Of a stretch of DNA of 64,000 nt, positions 25,172 through 38,326 are shown piece after piece (within the stretch, counting starts at the first letter, position 1; every line of letters begins with the position of its first letter). A program made the translations under genes and the position numbers. The stretch is from Sphyrna mokarran (Eukaryota), in NCBI GenBank assembly GCA_024679065.1, contig JAGIQG010000012.1:44206001-44270000 (forward strand), in the 5' to 3' direction. The notes beneath the pieces are model-generated. The model saw nothing but the letters and a program-made list of their open reading frames with translations. It made no database searches and was not told the origin of the DNA.

Positions 25172-27984
25172 ATTGTTGTCACAAAATAATTCATCTGTCA
25201 TGTTAATTTGGGTTAGAAATTTTCTATCAAAGTAATTTCTGTTTACACTGCAATTATTTTAAATTGTCTTCCCTGGCACATATCTGATACATTCTAGCAG
25301 TCTCATTTGGTGACATCTTACACTCAATTCATCTCTCAATGCTTTTCTATAAAATTTGGTATAATAAAAGGCTGTCAACATGCATGAATTTTGCATGGTG
25401 AAAACCTACAGTTCTGGAAAGAACTAGTTGTACAGAACATTTTAGTTCAACGCATAGGAGCCCTCTACTGCAAAAAAGTGGTAGTTAAAATGTCAGACAT
25501 TACAAAGCAGCTGATGAAATGATAGGACTAAGAAATTGAAACTGTGAATTCAATGAGAGAACACAAAAAAAATTTAAGTTCAACAACATCAATTGTTGAT
25601 AAAATCTTGAACTTTGACCTGTTAATCTACACTTTCCAATGTTACAGTTTCTAAAAATTTAGAGCACTGAATGAAAGGAATTTAAGGTTTCAAAACAATG
25701 TTCATTTGAACTATTGTCATCTCTGGTCTTTTAGGCTTAAATTTAATCTGTAATGCTTAAAATGTACAGTTCCGAGCGAGAGAAAAATATCTACAAAATT
25801 AAAATTATGACAATGTTCTTTTGAAAACACAAACACAAAGTTAAGAAAACATGAAATATAAGGTGAAGTTTAATAATTAAGGCTTAGACATGCTAAACAC
25901 ATGCAAAAACAAATATTGTTAAAAACAAAAATGACAAGTTTGTTAATCAAGTGATAGTTACAACAGAACCAAAACAAATATTATAAGTGTTTCATTTGAA
26001 TATTAGTAGTAATGCTTACTGCTCACTTAAGTGATGGCCAACATTGTAACAATTGAATCAAAATAAACAAACATGCAGCAAGAACAATCTGACTAAAGGT
26101 GAAAACAAAATGCATCAACAACCTTCACGTGCACAGAACAATTAAGATATTTCAACAACAGATTACATTTGACAAAATTATCTGAAAAAAACAAAGACAA
26201 AAAGTCTAAATTGAGCTAAATTAAACATTAAAGGGGAATGTATTGCAAATCTTGCAAACATTTCATCCAGCAAGTTACCCAAGATCAAACCAGACTTACT
26301 AACCACTTTGAATGTTCGAGAACTGGCTGATTTTTATATATAAAAATTTGGATTAAGTTAAAACCACTGCTCTTGAAGTTTATTATTTAGGAACTCAGTT
26401 AATTTAAAATGGCATATTTTGTGTCTTATAGACAAAATTCAAGATACTGTTACAGATAAACTTAGGTTTGTTACCAGAATTTTTAGGGCTCAACACAACT
26501 CATTAAATGAAATGATCAATACATGGGGTGTTTGTCATCATATAGTGCTTTGTGAACCATTCACCAAAGCAGAGTTCCTGTATTGGTATGCATAGTCCAT
26601 CGCAATCAATGCAGAAAAAAAATAAAACATTAATACTGCAACAATAATCAGTGCCAAGTACAGACTAGAAGGTGGTATAAGAAATGCAGAGGAGTAAAGA
26701 ATGCTTAGAATTGAATCAGTATATAGGAAAGTGTTAAAAAAAATCATTTGTAATTTAGTTACACTGGAGAATGAAAATAACAATAAATATTTTATCTACA
26801 AAAGCACTGCATGCATCAATGTCATAACTGTACATTTAACAGCAAAAGTTTTCATCTAGTTCTGTCACTAGTATTTGGTTAGGAAAAAATGTATTAATAG
26901 CTCTGGGTTCTGTTTAGTGATGTCCATGGGCTCTCTGTGAATTTTGTTATTTATAAGTTAAGGTCTTGACAACCACAGCTTGAATTATTAGCTTCTAAAT
27001 ATGCTAGAAATTTGTTAATAAATCCTTCTCTCCTTATCTGCTGACAAGATTTCAAAGTTTTCAGTATCTTGGTTTTGGAATAAACTGCTTGAGACATATA
27101 TTCCTGCAGTAAGGAAAGAAATTGGTGCATTTAGAACAAAGGATACCACTTTTCACTGCCATTAAATTCCCTGATATAGAATAGATATCCTATGTTGAAT
27201 ATGTTTTTTTTTAAATGAAAACTCATTAACATTTTAAATTTTCAAATAAAAGCCAAGTTAAAAATTACAATTAATGTTCAAGAGCCCTTTGACTCTTTGG
27301 AATACCTTAAAAAAAAATTTCAGAAATAATTTATGAAAAAGTAGCATATGCTGAGCCGTTTTCCTGATAGCAGTAAGTCAGAAATCATATGTATTCTTTT
27401 GATATTTACTACCTCAAGTCTTCTGGGGATGATAAAATAATCTGCTAGAATTTGGAGTAATATTAATTTATTTGAAGTAATGTTAATCCTGACTCTGAAC
27501 AGTTGCACACCAGTTCAGTAAATGAGAACTGTCACCATCACATCAAAGACAGCTACTGAACTATTAGTAAGGATCATTTCTCAACTTGACGATAATAAAA
27601 ATTCAATATTCATTTCAGAAACTCCAGTTCAGAAATTGAAGTTTACAAATACCAATGTGTTGTTTTTTTCTTATTGTGAATAGATATAGAAATGTGCTTG
27701 GAGTAATTTATCCACCTAACATCTCCTTGTATGTAATATTCAATCTCTCTAATCCAACATTTAATGCTATAACGAATGAAGCAATTTTCAAAAGAAGAAA
27801 TTAATGCTAAGTGAAATTCATAAACATATTTCATGAAAATTATATCTAAATTGACACCTAGTACAATTCATTGGTGTTCATGTCAGGTTTGCTTTTTTTT
27901 CCTTTATGGATTTTATTTGGAATGGGCATTAAGGAAGCTTCATGACCACAGGAACTCTCAAAGGCTAACACTTATTATAAGATT

Positions 27985-28545
27985 TGAGTACAGGAGTAAA
28001 AAAATCTCCTAGAATTGTACAGAGCCTTGCTGACGCTGGCCTTGGCAATAAAGCCTTAGCAATACTGGAATATTTTGTAAGTTTTGGATTTACTTATGCA
28101 AGTAAGGATGCATTTACTATAGAGGGAGTGCTATGAAGATTCACCAGACCGATTTCTGAGATGGTTGGACTGTCCTTGAGGACAATCATTGAGATTGACA
28201 TTGAGGAGACTGGGCCTATATTCTCTAGAATTTAGAAGCTTGAGAGGTGATCTCATTGAAGCAAACAAAGTTCTTACAGGGCTCAACAGGGTAGATTCAG
28301 GAAGGATTTTTTTCCTCCTGGCTGGTGTTGTTTAGAGCCAGGCAACAGTGTGTGTCAGTATAAGAGGTAGTTCTTTTAGAGTCTATACGTGTATATTCAA
28401 AACAGAAATAGGACAGATTTCTGTACATTAAATATATCAAGAATATGGGGATAGCATGAGAAAATAGCTTTGAAGTAGAAGATCAGTGTTATAGTCAAAT
28501 GCTGAAGCAACCTCGAGAGGCCAAATGGCCAATTCCTATCTTTAT
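27985..28545 (+). mobile_element. Degenerate CR1 3' fragment
   Basis: tttgagtacaggagtaaa, tctctagaatttagaag..gaggtgatctcattgaa and ggccaaatggcc remnants. Confidence 0.8.
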
Positions 28546-30593
28546 GGATACAATAGATTAACAACTATGAACCACATTTGGGAGTTGCATTTACTTTTTG
28601 TAAAATCTTGGCTCTCTCAGTAACTCAGTAATGTAAACTTGCTATTCAAATATCTTGAATAGATTTTTTTTCATGGTTCAGATGGTAGAAGAAAAAACAG
28701 ATCAGGAAACCCAGACCATTCTGTGAAAAGTGACACAGCCAATTGCCACCAGGGATAACTACCTCAACCTTTCCATGGATAAGGTTTTATCACCTGTACC
28801 AAAATGTTTAACATAATAATGGCATTACCAGCAGTTGTAAAAATCATTACAGTTCTCAATTGATATATCCATGGCTTATTCTGGGACAGTATAAGGTAGT
28901 GTCTGGATTAAAAATATAATCGATCCTTTGGTCAGTAAGACTAGGTTTTTTGTTTTAATTTTCTTTCCCACTGAATACAATAATATGCATACACAATACT
29001 TTTGATAAAGTGCAAGAAGTTATTGATAGTAACCACATGTCTAACCTGAAGACCATATAAAATGGCAGTGTGGCTACACTTTCAGTTGTATATGCCATCT
29101 TGGCTATCTGTTCTGTTGCAACATGTAAAAGATGCTAATGATAGAACTATAACATTTTGTGAGATTTTGATAGGCCAGCAGTAAACGTGGAATGGACACA
29201 AACTGTGGTAGAGTGTAATTTAACCTGGCTCATGGTAATGTTGATTACAAATATTACATGGTAAGACTAAAATGTGCTGTACTTTCATGCATTGGTTTCC
29301 AGATTGTTCAGGCACTGTGGATTGTGTTTACTTTAGTTACCACCTCCTGACTAGTATGGCACACTGCCATCCTCTGATGAGGATGAGCTGCAGTGCAAAA
29401 CAGAACACTTCTTGCAGCAGAACATCCATTTTGCAGCCAATCAATTCTGGATGTCAGGGTTGTGCCACTCTTCTATTTTGTCAGATGCTGTTTTATACCA
29501 CTATAATTATGTGGCTTGACCATTTAACCTCACCAATCATTTCCCCCTCACTCCACAATAATGGCATGTGCAAAGACTGAAAACTGCAATGATAATTTCA
29601 AAACCTTAACTAAGTGTCAACATTTTAATTAAATTGTGTTTGCTTTGCTTTATTTTTACTGGACGATTATTTAAGGGCTATTTGCTCTGAACTAATTTCA
29701 CACACCACATACCCCAATCCCACTGCTGCTCTCACAAATTACTTCATTTGGTGCCATGTGCAAAGGCATCAGTTTTGCAAGGAACACCTGTAAAGTTATA
29801 AAACTAGCTGACATTGTTAAATCTGACAAAGTTAGCTACCCAATCTGTGTTAGTGCAAGTGTGCTCATATTTCCTCAGAAACTCAGAATTGACCTTTACA
29901 AGCCTTAATTAGGAGCTATGTTTTTGCTGTGATAGGTGAAGAATGTCCCAGGTTCCCAAACAATTTCAAGTTCGTGACTTAGTACCTTTCTATAACTCAA
30001 TTAATACCAGAAACTCAATTACATAACATAAAACATGGAACAAAAACTTATTCCTTCCGTAGAGCAGGTGCAGTTTGCCTGTTTTGGACTACATCCTAGT
30101 TATTTAATCTTCTCAATGAAAGTTATGGCAAAATCCTTCCTTAATTGTCCATTGTAACAAAGCATCAGAATATTTGTCCTTTCCCACATCTCTACTCCCA
30201 CATCTCAAGTGTGAGTGACCCAATAAACAAAATTTTCACCAGTTCCAGTAGTACAAGAGCCACTGTGTCTCATGAATTATTTCTACTTATCTATATAATT
30301 GTAATATAACATCTACTTGCATCAGGGATGAATTATTTGGCTAATCTATCACACAGCATGTCTCCTTAAAGCTTTACCTTTGTATTTTGGTTTTTGTTGC
30401 TCTTATCATTATGTTAGAGAACTAACAGCTGTACGATTGCTTGAAATCAATGGACACTTTTCAACTGAATTATTAATTAAATAAACTGTGATGTGGATAA
30501 ATAAAAGCATGTGGAAAAGTCAGCAGTTAAATGGGAATGAATTCATAGGTTAGTCTAAGAAGTACATATGTTTCATTTTGATTGATTTGGATT

Positions 30594-30680
30594 TCACAAT
30601 CCAGCTCGGGCCCATTCATTGCCAGCTCGTCTGTTCTGAAAGTTTTTGTAGATTTGGTAGTTTTGAGAGCGGTAACTAAC
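30594..30680 (-). CDS. SPTBN1: Alternative short C-terminus (betaII-Sigma2-like), VSYRSQNYQIYKNFQNRRAGNEWARAGL*
   Basis: In-frame read-through of the donor gives 28 aa plus TGA. Length and sequence match the mammalian short tail as recalled (VSYRSQTYQNYKNFNSRRTASDQPWSGL). Confidence 0.9.
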   Translation of the reverse strand, partial: VSYRSQNYQIYKNFQNRRAGNEWARAGL

Positions 30681-30744
30681 CCGTGGGGACTCCTGGTCTG
30701 ATGGTAATCCATTCTGAGAAATGTGTTCTTCTCTAGCTCCGTCC
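30681..30744 (-). CDS. SPTBN1: SPTBN1 exon (DGAREEHISQNGLPSDQESPR), shared by long and short isoforms
   Basis: 64 nt, phase 2-0, donor CGG|gttagt. Confidence 0.92.
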
Positions 30745-31278
30745 CTGGAAAGAAAAAAAAATTCTCTCATGTGTTGCACATTACTGAACAGTCATGGACA
30801 ATCAATATTTTCTGACTGTGAATTGGATTTCTCTTCCCTTAATCTTTTATATTTAAATCAATTCCATGGAAATATGGCAGAAGTATGAATTCCAAAGACA
30901 AGGACCAGAGTTAGAGTGAGAGCAGAGGTGCTTGGAGGTCCTGCCTCTGTCTTCAGCCATTTTCAGAAGGGCAGGGGTGGGTGCTGGGCATTAGAACTTG
31001 TCTGTTCCCATTAGGATGAAACTGACAGTGCTGTGGACTGACTGAGAGCTTGGCCTGGATATTTTTCTTTACTTTTCATGGAGATAGCTGGACTTTAGCA
31101 ACTTTAAGTTACACCAGTTGCATTCAAGCGAGAACCATGGATGGGAGATAGAACAAGTTTAAAGACAAATAGAATGGTTTAAATTCTTTTATAATTGTTT
31201 ATTAAATGATGTAGTATATATTGTATCAATGTTTAGAAGTGATAAGAGAGTTCTCTGATGGGAAGACAATTAAACAAT

Positions 31279-32014
31279 GGGGGAAATCTTACCTTCTAGT
31301 CCCGCCGGTTGATGGGTGGGGCGATCTGGTGAGATTGAGATAGGTGAAAAATTGGGTTCATGTCCATTTCTCACCTATTGTGATTTTATCAGACTTAGAT
31401 ATCTGGCGTGAAGCTGATTATAATATTTAAATCTATTTTATATGTGATTTAAATATTATTTAGCAGGCCTGGGGTGGTATCGTCCAGACTCACTTGCCTT
31501 CGCGGCCTCACCAATGAAGGTTCTCACTGGCGACAATCACGAGTGGTCCCCATCAATGAGGACCTGTTATGATAGCCTCGCCGGTAGAACTGAAAGGTCT
31601 TTTAGGCTCTGCTGGAGGTTGGGTACAGGGAATATGCCCCTGGCAGTGCCATGTTGGCATCCTGGCTGTTCCAACCAAGGACCAGGCATTGCCAAGATGG
31701 TGGTATCTGAGAAGAGGCAAGTGAGGGGAATGCTGCGCACACTGCAACCAGCAATTAACTAGAGGGTTCACGCTTGTGTGTGTGTGTGTACTTTATTCTG
31801 TACAACAGAATAGAGAGATCTGCACAGGTGTGATTACAGCTTTCTGGTGAGCCTTGGCCTCGCCTACTCCCCCTGCTGGCAGGAAACAGATTTAGCAACC
31901 TTCTTGCAGAGCAGCATAAGATTGGACTTGTGGCCTCACTGAAAAAAACAGATCTGAATCTCTCCTGTTTTCACACTTGTTCAGGACTTCAAATTTTTTT
32001 CGTAAGATCACTCC
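31279..32014. mobile_element. GC-rich non-autonomous DNA transposon (MITE-like)
   Basis: GC-rich island bounded by imperfect inverted ends, gggggaaatcttac and gtaagatcactcc. Confidence 0.6.
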
Positions 32015-32317
32015 AAAGTGTTTTCCAGACTGTTACTTAAGCTAACAGACAAGCTATCACATAAAAGATCAACATTGCAATGTGGAAAATCTTCAAATGA
32101 ATTGAAAAATCACATCTAATGGATCAAGGTAAAGTATATTTTACTCTACTGAAAGAATAAAATAGTAAAACAATGTAAATGTTTCATTTGTTTTCATTGA
32201 TTTTTTATATCTACTGAAACAGCAGTTCTGAAGTATATTTGGGTATATTTGGAAAAGGGGTAACTTTTTTCTATTTTAATAACTACAGTAAATTCTCAAT
32301 TAACGTCCTGTTTTGAG

Positions 32318-32495
32318 TCATAGAATCCCGAAAGTGCAGAAGGATACCATCAAGCCTGCACTGACAACAATCTCACCCAGCCCTCATCACTGTAGCCCCC
32401 CATATTTATCCTGCTAATCCTCCTAACCTACAGATCTTGGGACATTAAGGGGCAATTTAACATGACCAATCAACCTGACACGCACATCTTTGGAC
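32318..32495 (-). mobile_element. 5'-truncated V-SINE (tail half)
   Basis: Matches the tail of 1567-1861. Confidence 0.75.
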
Positions 32496-33363
32496 CATGT
32501 TAAGCAAGGAATTACTGTAGTCTTTTTGATTTAAATGTTATATTTCGACTTAACATTAAATTTTAAATACAGCCTATATTTTCGTTTAGCTTTGTGGATT
32601 CACATTATGTTGTTTTGTGCCAGCTACGATGCAAGATTGTGTGACTTCATCAGTGCCTCTGGATCAGCCTCTCCTGCTACCTGATCCTCTTGCTCACTTC
32701 TTCTATGGTTTGTGGCTAATTTCTGTAAACCTGCAATCTGAAGTTGTACTCACTCCATAGATTGCTTCCTACCTCTTGTTACTCATCTCCCTAGCCCTCA
32801 ATCATAGCGGCAGTTCAGGAGAGAGAAGTCTGGGCCAGCTGGTCAGTTGAAAGGCTGGTGGCAAAAGCATGATTAGCAGAACTTGGCGAATTCAGGATCG
32901 GAAGTAATAGCAGGTAGAAAAAGTTAGAGCGTTTCAAGTTATTATTTATGAATACTGAAAACATAATTTAGCAATACACAGTATTTAAACTTAATGGGTA
33001 GAACTTAGTTTTAAGTTGTTTCCTGAGAGGAAAGGTGCTACAGAATTTAACTAAATCTTACACTGCTTGTAATAATTCACTTAACATTACTTAAAATTGC
33101 ACATCTCAGAAGTGCAACTACAATGTTAAGCAACAGATTCCTGTGGTCAGCTTGAGGACAAGAAATATAATTTTTTTTGGATAAAATTACTTAAAACGTC
33201 ATCCCTTCCCCACATCAGTGTTTACAAACTCTTAACTTAAGCAATGTTCAGAATCTCAGAATGTTAAGAATGGTGACTTGTCAATATGTTAGCATGACAA
33301 TTATTTTCCACGGAACAGAAGCTTTTTAAGGGATTTTATTTCAAATTTTCTACAATGTCTTAC

Positions 33364-33467
33364 TGTAGTGGTGATTCAGACTCATCAGAAGGCTGATTTG
33401 GCTGTGGCGATGGTTGTCTCTTCCTCTCCTCTTCTTCCTGCCTCCTACGTACTTCGAGCAACTCCAG
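33364..33467 (-). CDS. SPTBN1: SPTBN1 exon (LELLEVRRRQEEEERKRQPSPQPNQPSDESESPL)
   Basis: 104 nt, tag|CTG to CA|gtaaga, phase 0-2. Confidence 0.92.
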
Positions 33468-34795
33468 CTATAAGGATACAGAATGTAAGTGGTATATTTG
33501 TAAAATTTCAAATCATGAAGCCTATTTTTTGTAATTTTTTTCATTTGTTTTGATTATGTGCAATTCAGAATGTGTTTTCTTTAATGCTAAAAGTATGGAC
33601 TGATTACAAGATTGTCAAGGTATAAATTATTTGCTTTATCAAATTAAAATTTCAGAACTTGTGAAATAAAATTGTTTGTTGTTTCGGGAGTCTACCTTAT
33701 CCCTACTGCACCCACTACTCTAACCAACACTTGTACCATGCTGAGGTTGACTTCCTGTAATAACCTTCTTGCTTCTACAAGCAACTTATTTAGAGCATTA
33801 TTACCCTCTTTATTTGCACAAGGTCCTATAATTTCATGCCAGCCTTGTCAAGCTATACTGCACCCCAGAAAATTGACTTCAATGTCCTTAACCTCATCTC
33901 CAAATCCTTCCTAAATATCATCATTCTCAACACAAGGACCTTCACCTGCCATATTTCCCTCTTATGCATGCTTCATTCCTCTGGCATTAGTTTACTTTTC
34001 ATTTTCTTAACGCTCCTATTCTCAAAGCTTCCACAACAGCCAATCCTTCCACCTTGCTAACTTGCTCTCTGAATTCAAAAATCCAAATGCTGTTCTCTTA
34101 CAAAGTGTTAGTATACCAACAATCTTTCAGTTTCTCTTTTCCCCTCTATCTGGATGCTCACTTTTTGTCATAATAAAGTTATTTTGCATGTTCACCTTTT
34201 AGTTAATTACTTCATGAAAATGCATTTCAAGAAATAGTTGCAAGTTACGTTAAAATATAAAAAGTGCATTCAAATTACTAACACACAAAACCAATTTTAT
34301 GACCATCTTGTGTAAATTGCATTTGAGATACTTTGAGCTTTATAAGATCATAAAAGATACATGTCATTGAAATCTCTTAAAATGCTTTACACAATTTTTT
34401 TTTGGAATAGACTTACTGTTAAGTGGCCAATTACAATAGGGTCATATTGGCCATGATCCATAAAAAAAAAAACAAGGTGAATGATGAATTAATCAGAGGT
34501 GATTTTTTTTTTATATTATTGTTTAGGGGATGAATATTGGCTAGGTCTCAGAAAACATCCTGCTAGAGATTTCAAATAAATGCCAAAGGAGTTTTGTATC
34601 CATTCAAAGAAAGGTACCTCAGTAGAGGACTGGTGAATCAATTTAAAGCATTTGACTCAAACATAATCTTCGAATCCAGAAACCACAATAAATCCAACTC
34701 AGCCAAGCTGACAAGTAATTTCAATTCCTAAAAAAGTGTCCCAGTTCCTCAATTGTTCCATAATTCAAAAGGGATTGTTTATTAAATATACTTAC

Positions 34796-34992
34796 TGTCG
34801 TCAGTCTCTCTAATGCTGAAAACCTTTCATCCCATGTAGCTGCCGATTTCTCAAATGCCTCATGTCTCTTAATCAGTTTCTCCACCTCGTCCACACTCTG
34901 ACCCAATTCTCGACTTGACAAGTATGGCTCTTGGCCTAAAAGCCAGGCTTCTGCTACACCTGCATCTCTGGCAAACTGATGTACTTCCAATA
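34796..34992 (-). CDS. SPTBN1: SPTBN1 exon ([10 protein letters not shown]...LERLTT), partial repeat 17 / tetramerisation site
   Basis: 197 nt, phase 1-0. Confidence 0.95.
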
Positions 34993-35295
34993 CTAAGCAA
35001 AGAAATTAAATTCAGGAGGAGAGTTCACAAAATAAAGATAAAATGCAATGGCAAAACAATAATATTCGTTCATTTCCAATTAACATCAGATGCAAACTCT
35101 CAGACAAAATATTCAAAGAACTACTTGAGACATGAAAACTCATGTATAGTTTTCATGTCTATGAAATGACATGTATAGTCAGAAAGATTGAAAGAAGTTC
35201 TTACAATTCAACTGATTATAGGATAACGTGCTTACATGTTGATGTGCTTTGTTAAATATGAATCTGTGAAAAAGGAATAATAGTGAATTATTTAC

Positions 35296-35380
35296 CTAGT
35301 CTGAGCCACTCCCATCTGTCCTCCCACTTGTCAATCATTTCTTTTCTCTTATCTGTTAGCTGCAACAACTTCTCCTTAAT
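35296..35380 (-). CDS. SPTBN1: SPTBN1 exon (IKEKLLQLTDKRKEMIDKWEDRWEWLRL)
   Basis: 85 nt, phase 0-1; translated by hand. Confidence 0.95.
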
Positions 35381-35942
35381 CTGTATGCGATCAAAGAATC
35401 AGTTAGAGAATAGGATAATTCTTACTGTTATTATTGTACACTTAACAGCGTATTCATTCTCTTATGTTACAACTAAGTAAAATCATGAAACATTCATGTA
35501 GAAATTGAGGTAAACATCTATGCAGATATTGAGTTTCATAAAAGTTGTCATTGTCTCCTGAAATATCAATATGCATTGTGAGTCATTTCTGCAAACTTTC
35601 ATTTCCTAAATTTCTAATATTCTTCTACTCTCCATCTGACAGTATCTTATGCAAGTGCTTGGCACACACATTCAGTGCCCAAAATAGACTGCATTCCAAT
35701 CTCCAACACTGATCTTTCTTACATTTTCATAAATTCAATTATTCACTCAAACATTAACGAGAATATAACTGGAATTCTCATGTGTTCCAATAATTCAATA
35801 AAACAAGCAATGTTTTTACAGCTGATATTTACAATGACCAAACAATTCAGTCGTGAGGGTTGACAAAATACAGTAATACAAAATGTGGCCAATGGTCTTG
35901 ACGTCAAAGCTGAGCACAATATCTTGATAAAGGGAGTGCTAC

Positions 35943-36081
35943 CTCTTCAGATGCATAGTGCTTTCTTGCCAGGAGAGATTTTCCAAGTTCAATACACGTT
36001 GTGAAACTGTCATTACGAGCATCAATTTCAGCTTTGATGCCTTGGTGATTGTTCATTAGCAATTCCACTGATGAAACATCT
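35943..36081 (-). CDS. SPTBN1: SPTBN1 exon ([12 protein letters not shown]...HYASEE)
   Basis: 139 nt, phase 2-0. Confidence 0.95.
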
Positions 36082-36265
36082 CTGAAACAAGATAAAATAT
36101 ATTTATGGTTGATCATGAACAAGTTGAGTTATATAAAACACCTCATAGTAATTCAGAGATGCATAATCAGCCAAATTTGACAGACAAGGTCAGAGAACAA
36201 AATACTAAATAATTATTATTAATAAATATCCCTCTATTCTTTTCACCCTTAATTCAGCATTTTAC

Positions 36266-36510
36266 CTTGGTTTCTCCTGGGTCTCAATTTGTCTAATAAC
36301 ATCTTCCATCCAAAGCATCAGGTCACGAACCATGCTAAAGAAGCGGAACTTATCACCAGTATCAAAAAGCTTTGCCCTCCGAGCCTCACATGCATCAAGA
36401 AGTGTTTTCCATGCCTCTAATACTTCTGCTTCACGTTTCTGAATGTCATCAGCCTTGTCACCAGCATAAGCAGCCTGAAGACGAGCAGCATCCTCCTGCA
36501 GCTGTCTTAC
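36266..36510 (-). CDS. SPTBN1: SPTBN1 exon ([20 protein letters not shown]...QEKPR)
   Basis: 245 nt, phase 0-2. Confidence 0.95.
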
Positions 36511-37951
36511 CTGTAACGTAACAATATGTTGGAAATGCACCAGAATCATTTATTCTTACTCCCATTATCTTCATAATTGCCATAATGCCCCTCACCCAAA
36601 ACCTATGGTAAAGCCAACAATTACAAATGAATCCATTAGCTTTGAGAGATAGCTAGGGACCATGAAATATGGTCCCTAGAATCTAATCACAGTATTTATA
36701 TTTATGATAATCTTCATGCTAAAAGCACGATCCTCATCGTAAATTTCAATTATACTAATTTATGTAAATACCATAGCTTGATTATATCATGTTAAATTGC
36801 ATATTTTCCTTTTAAAGAAACCAAAAGGTTTAAACATCTCCAAGGCTGACATTCGCTCTATTTTCTAGTATCACCTACAAGTGTTTTCAAAAGTTCCATT
36901 CTATTAAAGTGAGAAAACAGCGATGATAAAATTAATACCATAATTCCATTTAATGTAAATTACCCAGTCATCTATATGGCTGTTACTGTAACCATTCTCT
37001 CCTCCTCAGTATATGTTGTAACCTTCAGATTTATATTCAGGATCCATTAAAACCATTTCACGTGTCTTTTAAGCTTCAACTATACTTGTTTTTTTTGGGT
37101 AAAAAATTAAAGGATCGTAAATTAAAAGGTTTGCAACAATTTACAATTACTGGGAGAGTACTTTTAGACAAGAGCAGTAATTATTCTTTGAGAATATGTA
37201 ATCAATTTCCTGGCATAGTTATTAAAACAGTTTGCTTTCAATTTAATGCAAGACAGCTTGATCTTCACTGTATGTGTGACTGCATAATGTTTGATGATAA
37301 AGTGAATTAAAATGTCATGATCCACAGGGTATCGAGTGGTAGTTTGCAAGTTTCTACGTTCACAGTGAGGCATCATATAGCAATGACGAGATGCTAACAG
37401 GAGACCTGCTGATTCCTCACAGAAGACAGAGAAATATCAAAGGTCTAACAATCATGTACAGGTCTTGGCTTTCAATTTCAAAGTGATGTTGTGAGAATGC
37501 TAAAGCAGGTTACCTACTCAGTACTTTGCCTGGAGATGCAGGCCAATAGAAGGAACAGAAATATTTTTCATCCTCAGTTATCAAAAAAACATTGGTGAAA
37601 ATCTGGAAGCAGATCTTTCAAAAGTCACCCAGGTTTACCTTTTTAAGCTACTTAGGAGATTGCAATGGAAGAAAATAAACTAAATATATACTTGTAATAA
37701 GTGTGCATGTTCTGAGAAGTGAAATAGTAGATGGAATGACCATCTAGTAACGGTCTGTACACTGAAAACTGTGATGGATCAGGTTCAAGTGATCTTCAAA
37801 AGCAACAATACCACCTGGATTCCGAAGCACCAGTTATAGAAAAATAAATATGCAACTACATTTTGGCTATTGAATATTCAATTAAAAAGGTTAACAAGAC
37901 TAAACTCTGTCTTATTAGTGTTAATTACATTGAGTAGATTTGATATTTTAC

Positions 37952-38326
37952 CTGAGTGCCAAGAGCTTGAATGTCATGTTCAAATGTTGTATGCATTCTC
38001 TGCAATGCTTCCACAGTATTCTGATCTCGTCCTAGTTCCTCTGGCAGCTTCTTGTGCTTGTCTTGAATTCTTCCAAGGATCTCCTTAGCATCGTGATAAA
38101 ATTTGTGCAATTCATAAGAAGCTGCCAGAATCTGTGTTCTGGTATCAATAAGCTCAAGGAGATCTGCCCAAGCCTCATTGAGTCCATCTTTCCATTCAGC
38201 AATTGTGGCAGCATCAGAATGTCCAGAATTGATCAGCTCATCAGCCATACGGTTCACACTGTCGACTCGTTCCTGACCAATATTACCAGTATCACGGGCA
38301 AATTCACGGAACCTCTCTTGTAGCAT
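37952..38326 (-). CDS. SPTBN1: SPTBN1 exon ([12 protein letters not shown]...IQALGTQ), ankyrin-binding repeat 14-15 region
   Basis: 375 nt, phase 0-0; the acceptor is ttttgag. Confidence 0.94.

Noticed and set aside
26020-26025. 6-nt micro-exon candidate ttaag|TGAGCA|gtaagc
   Set aside because: The AAG acceptor is weak, and it gives a stop in phase 0 unless chained to other unproven exons.
26538-26783. 81-aa hydrophobic ORF resembling a membrane micropeptide
   Set aside because: It has a non-ATG start, and the hydrophobicity follows from U-rich intron composition. Only its last 12 codons are kept as a candidate exon.
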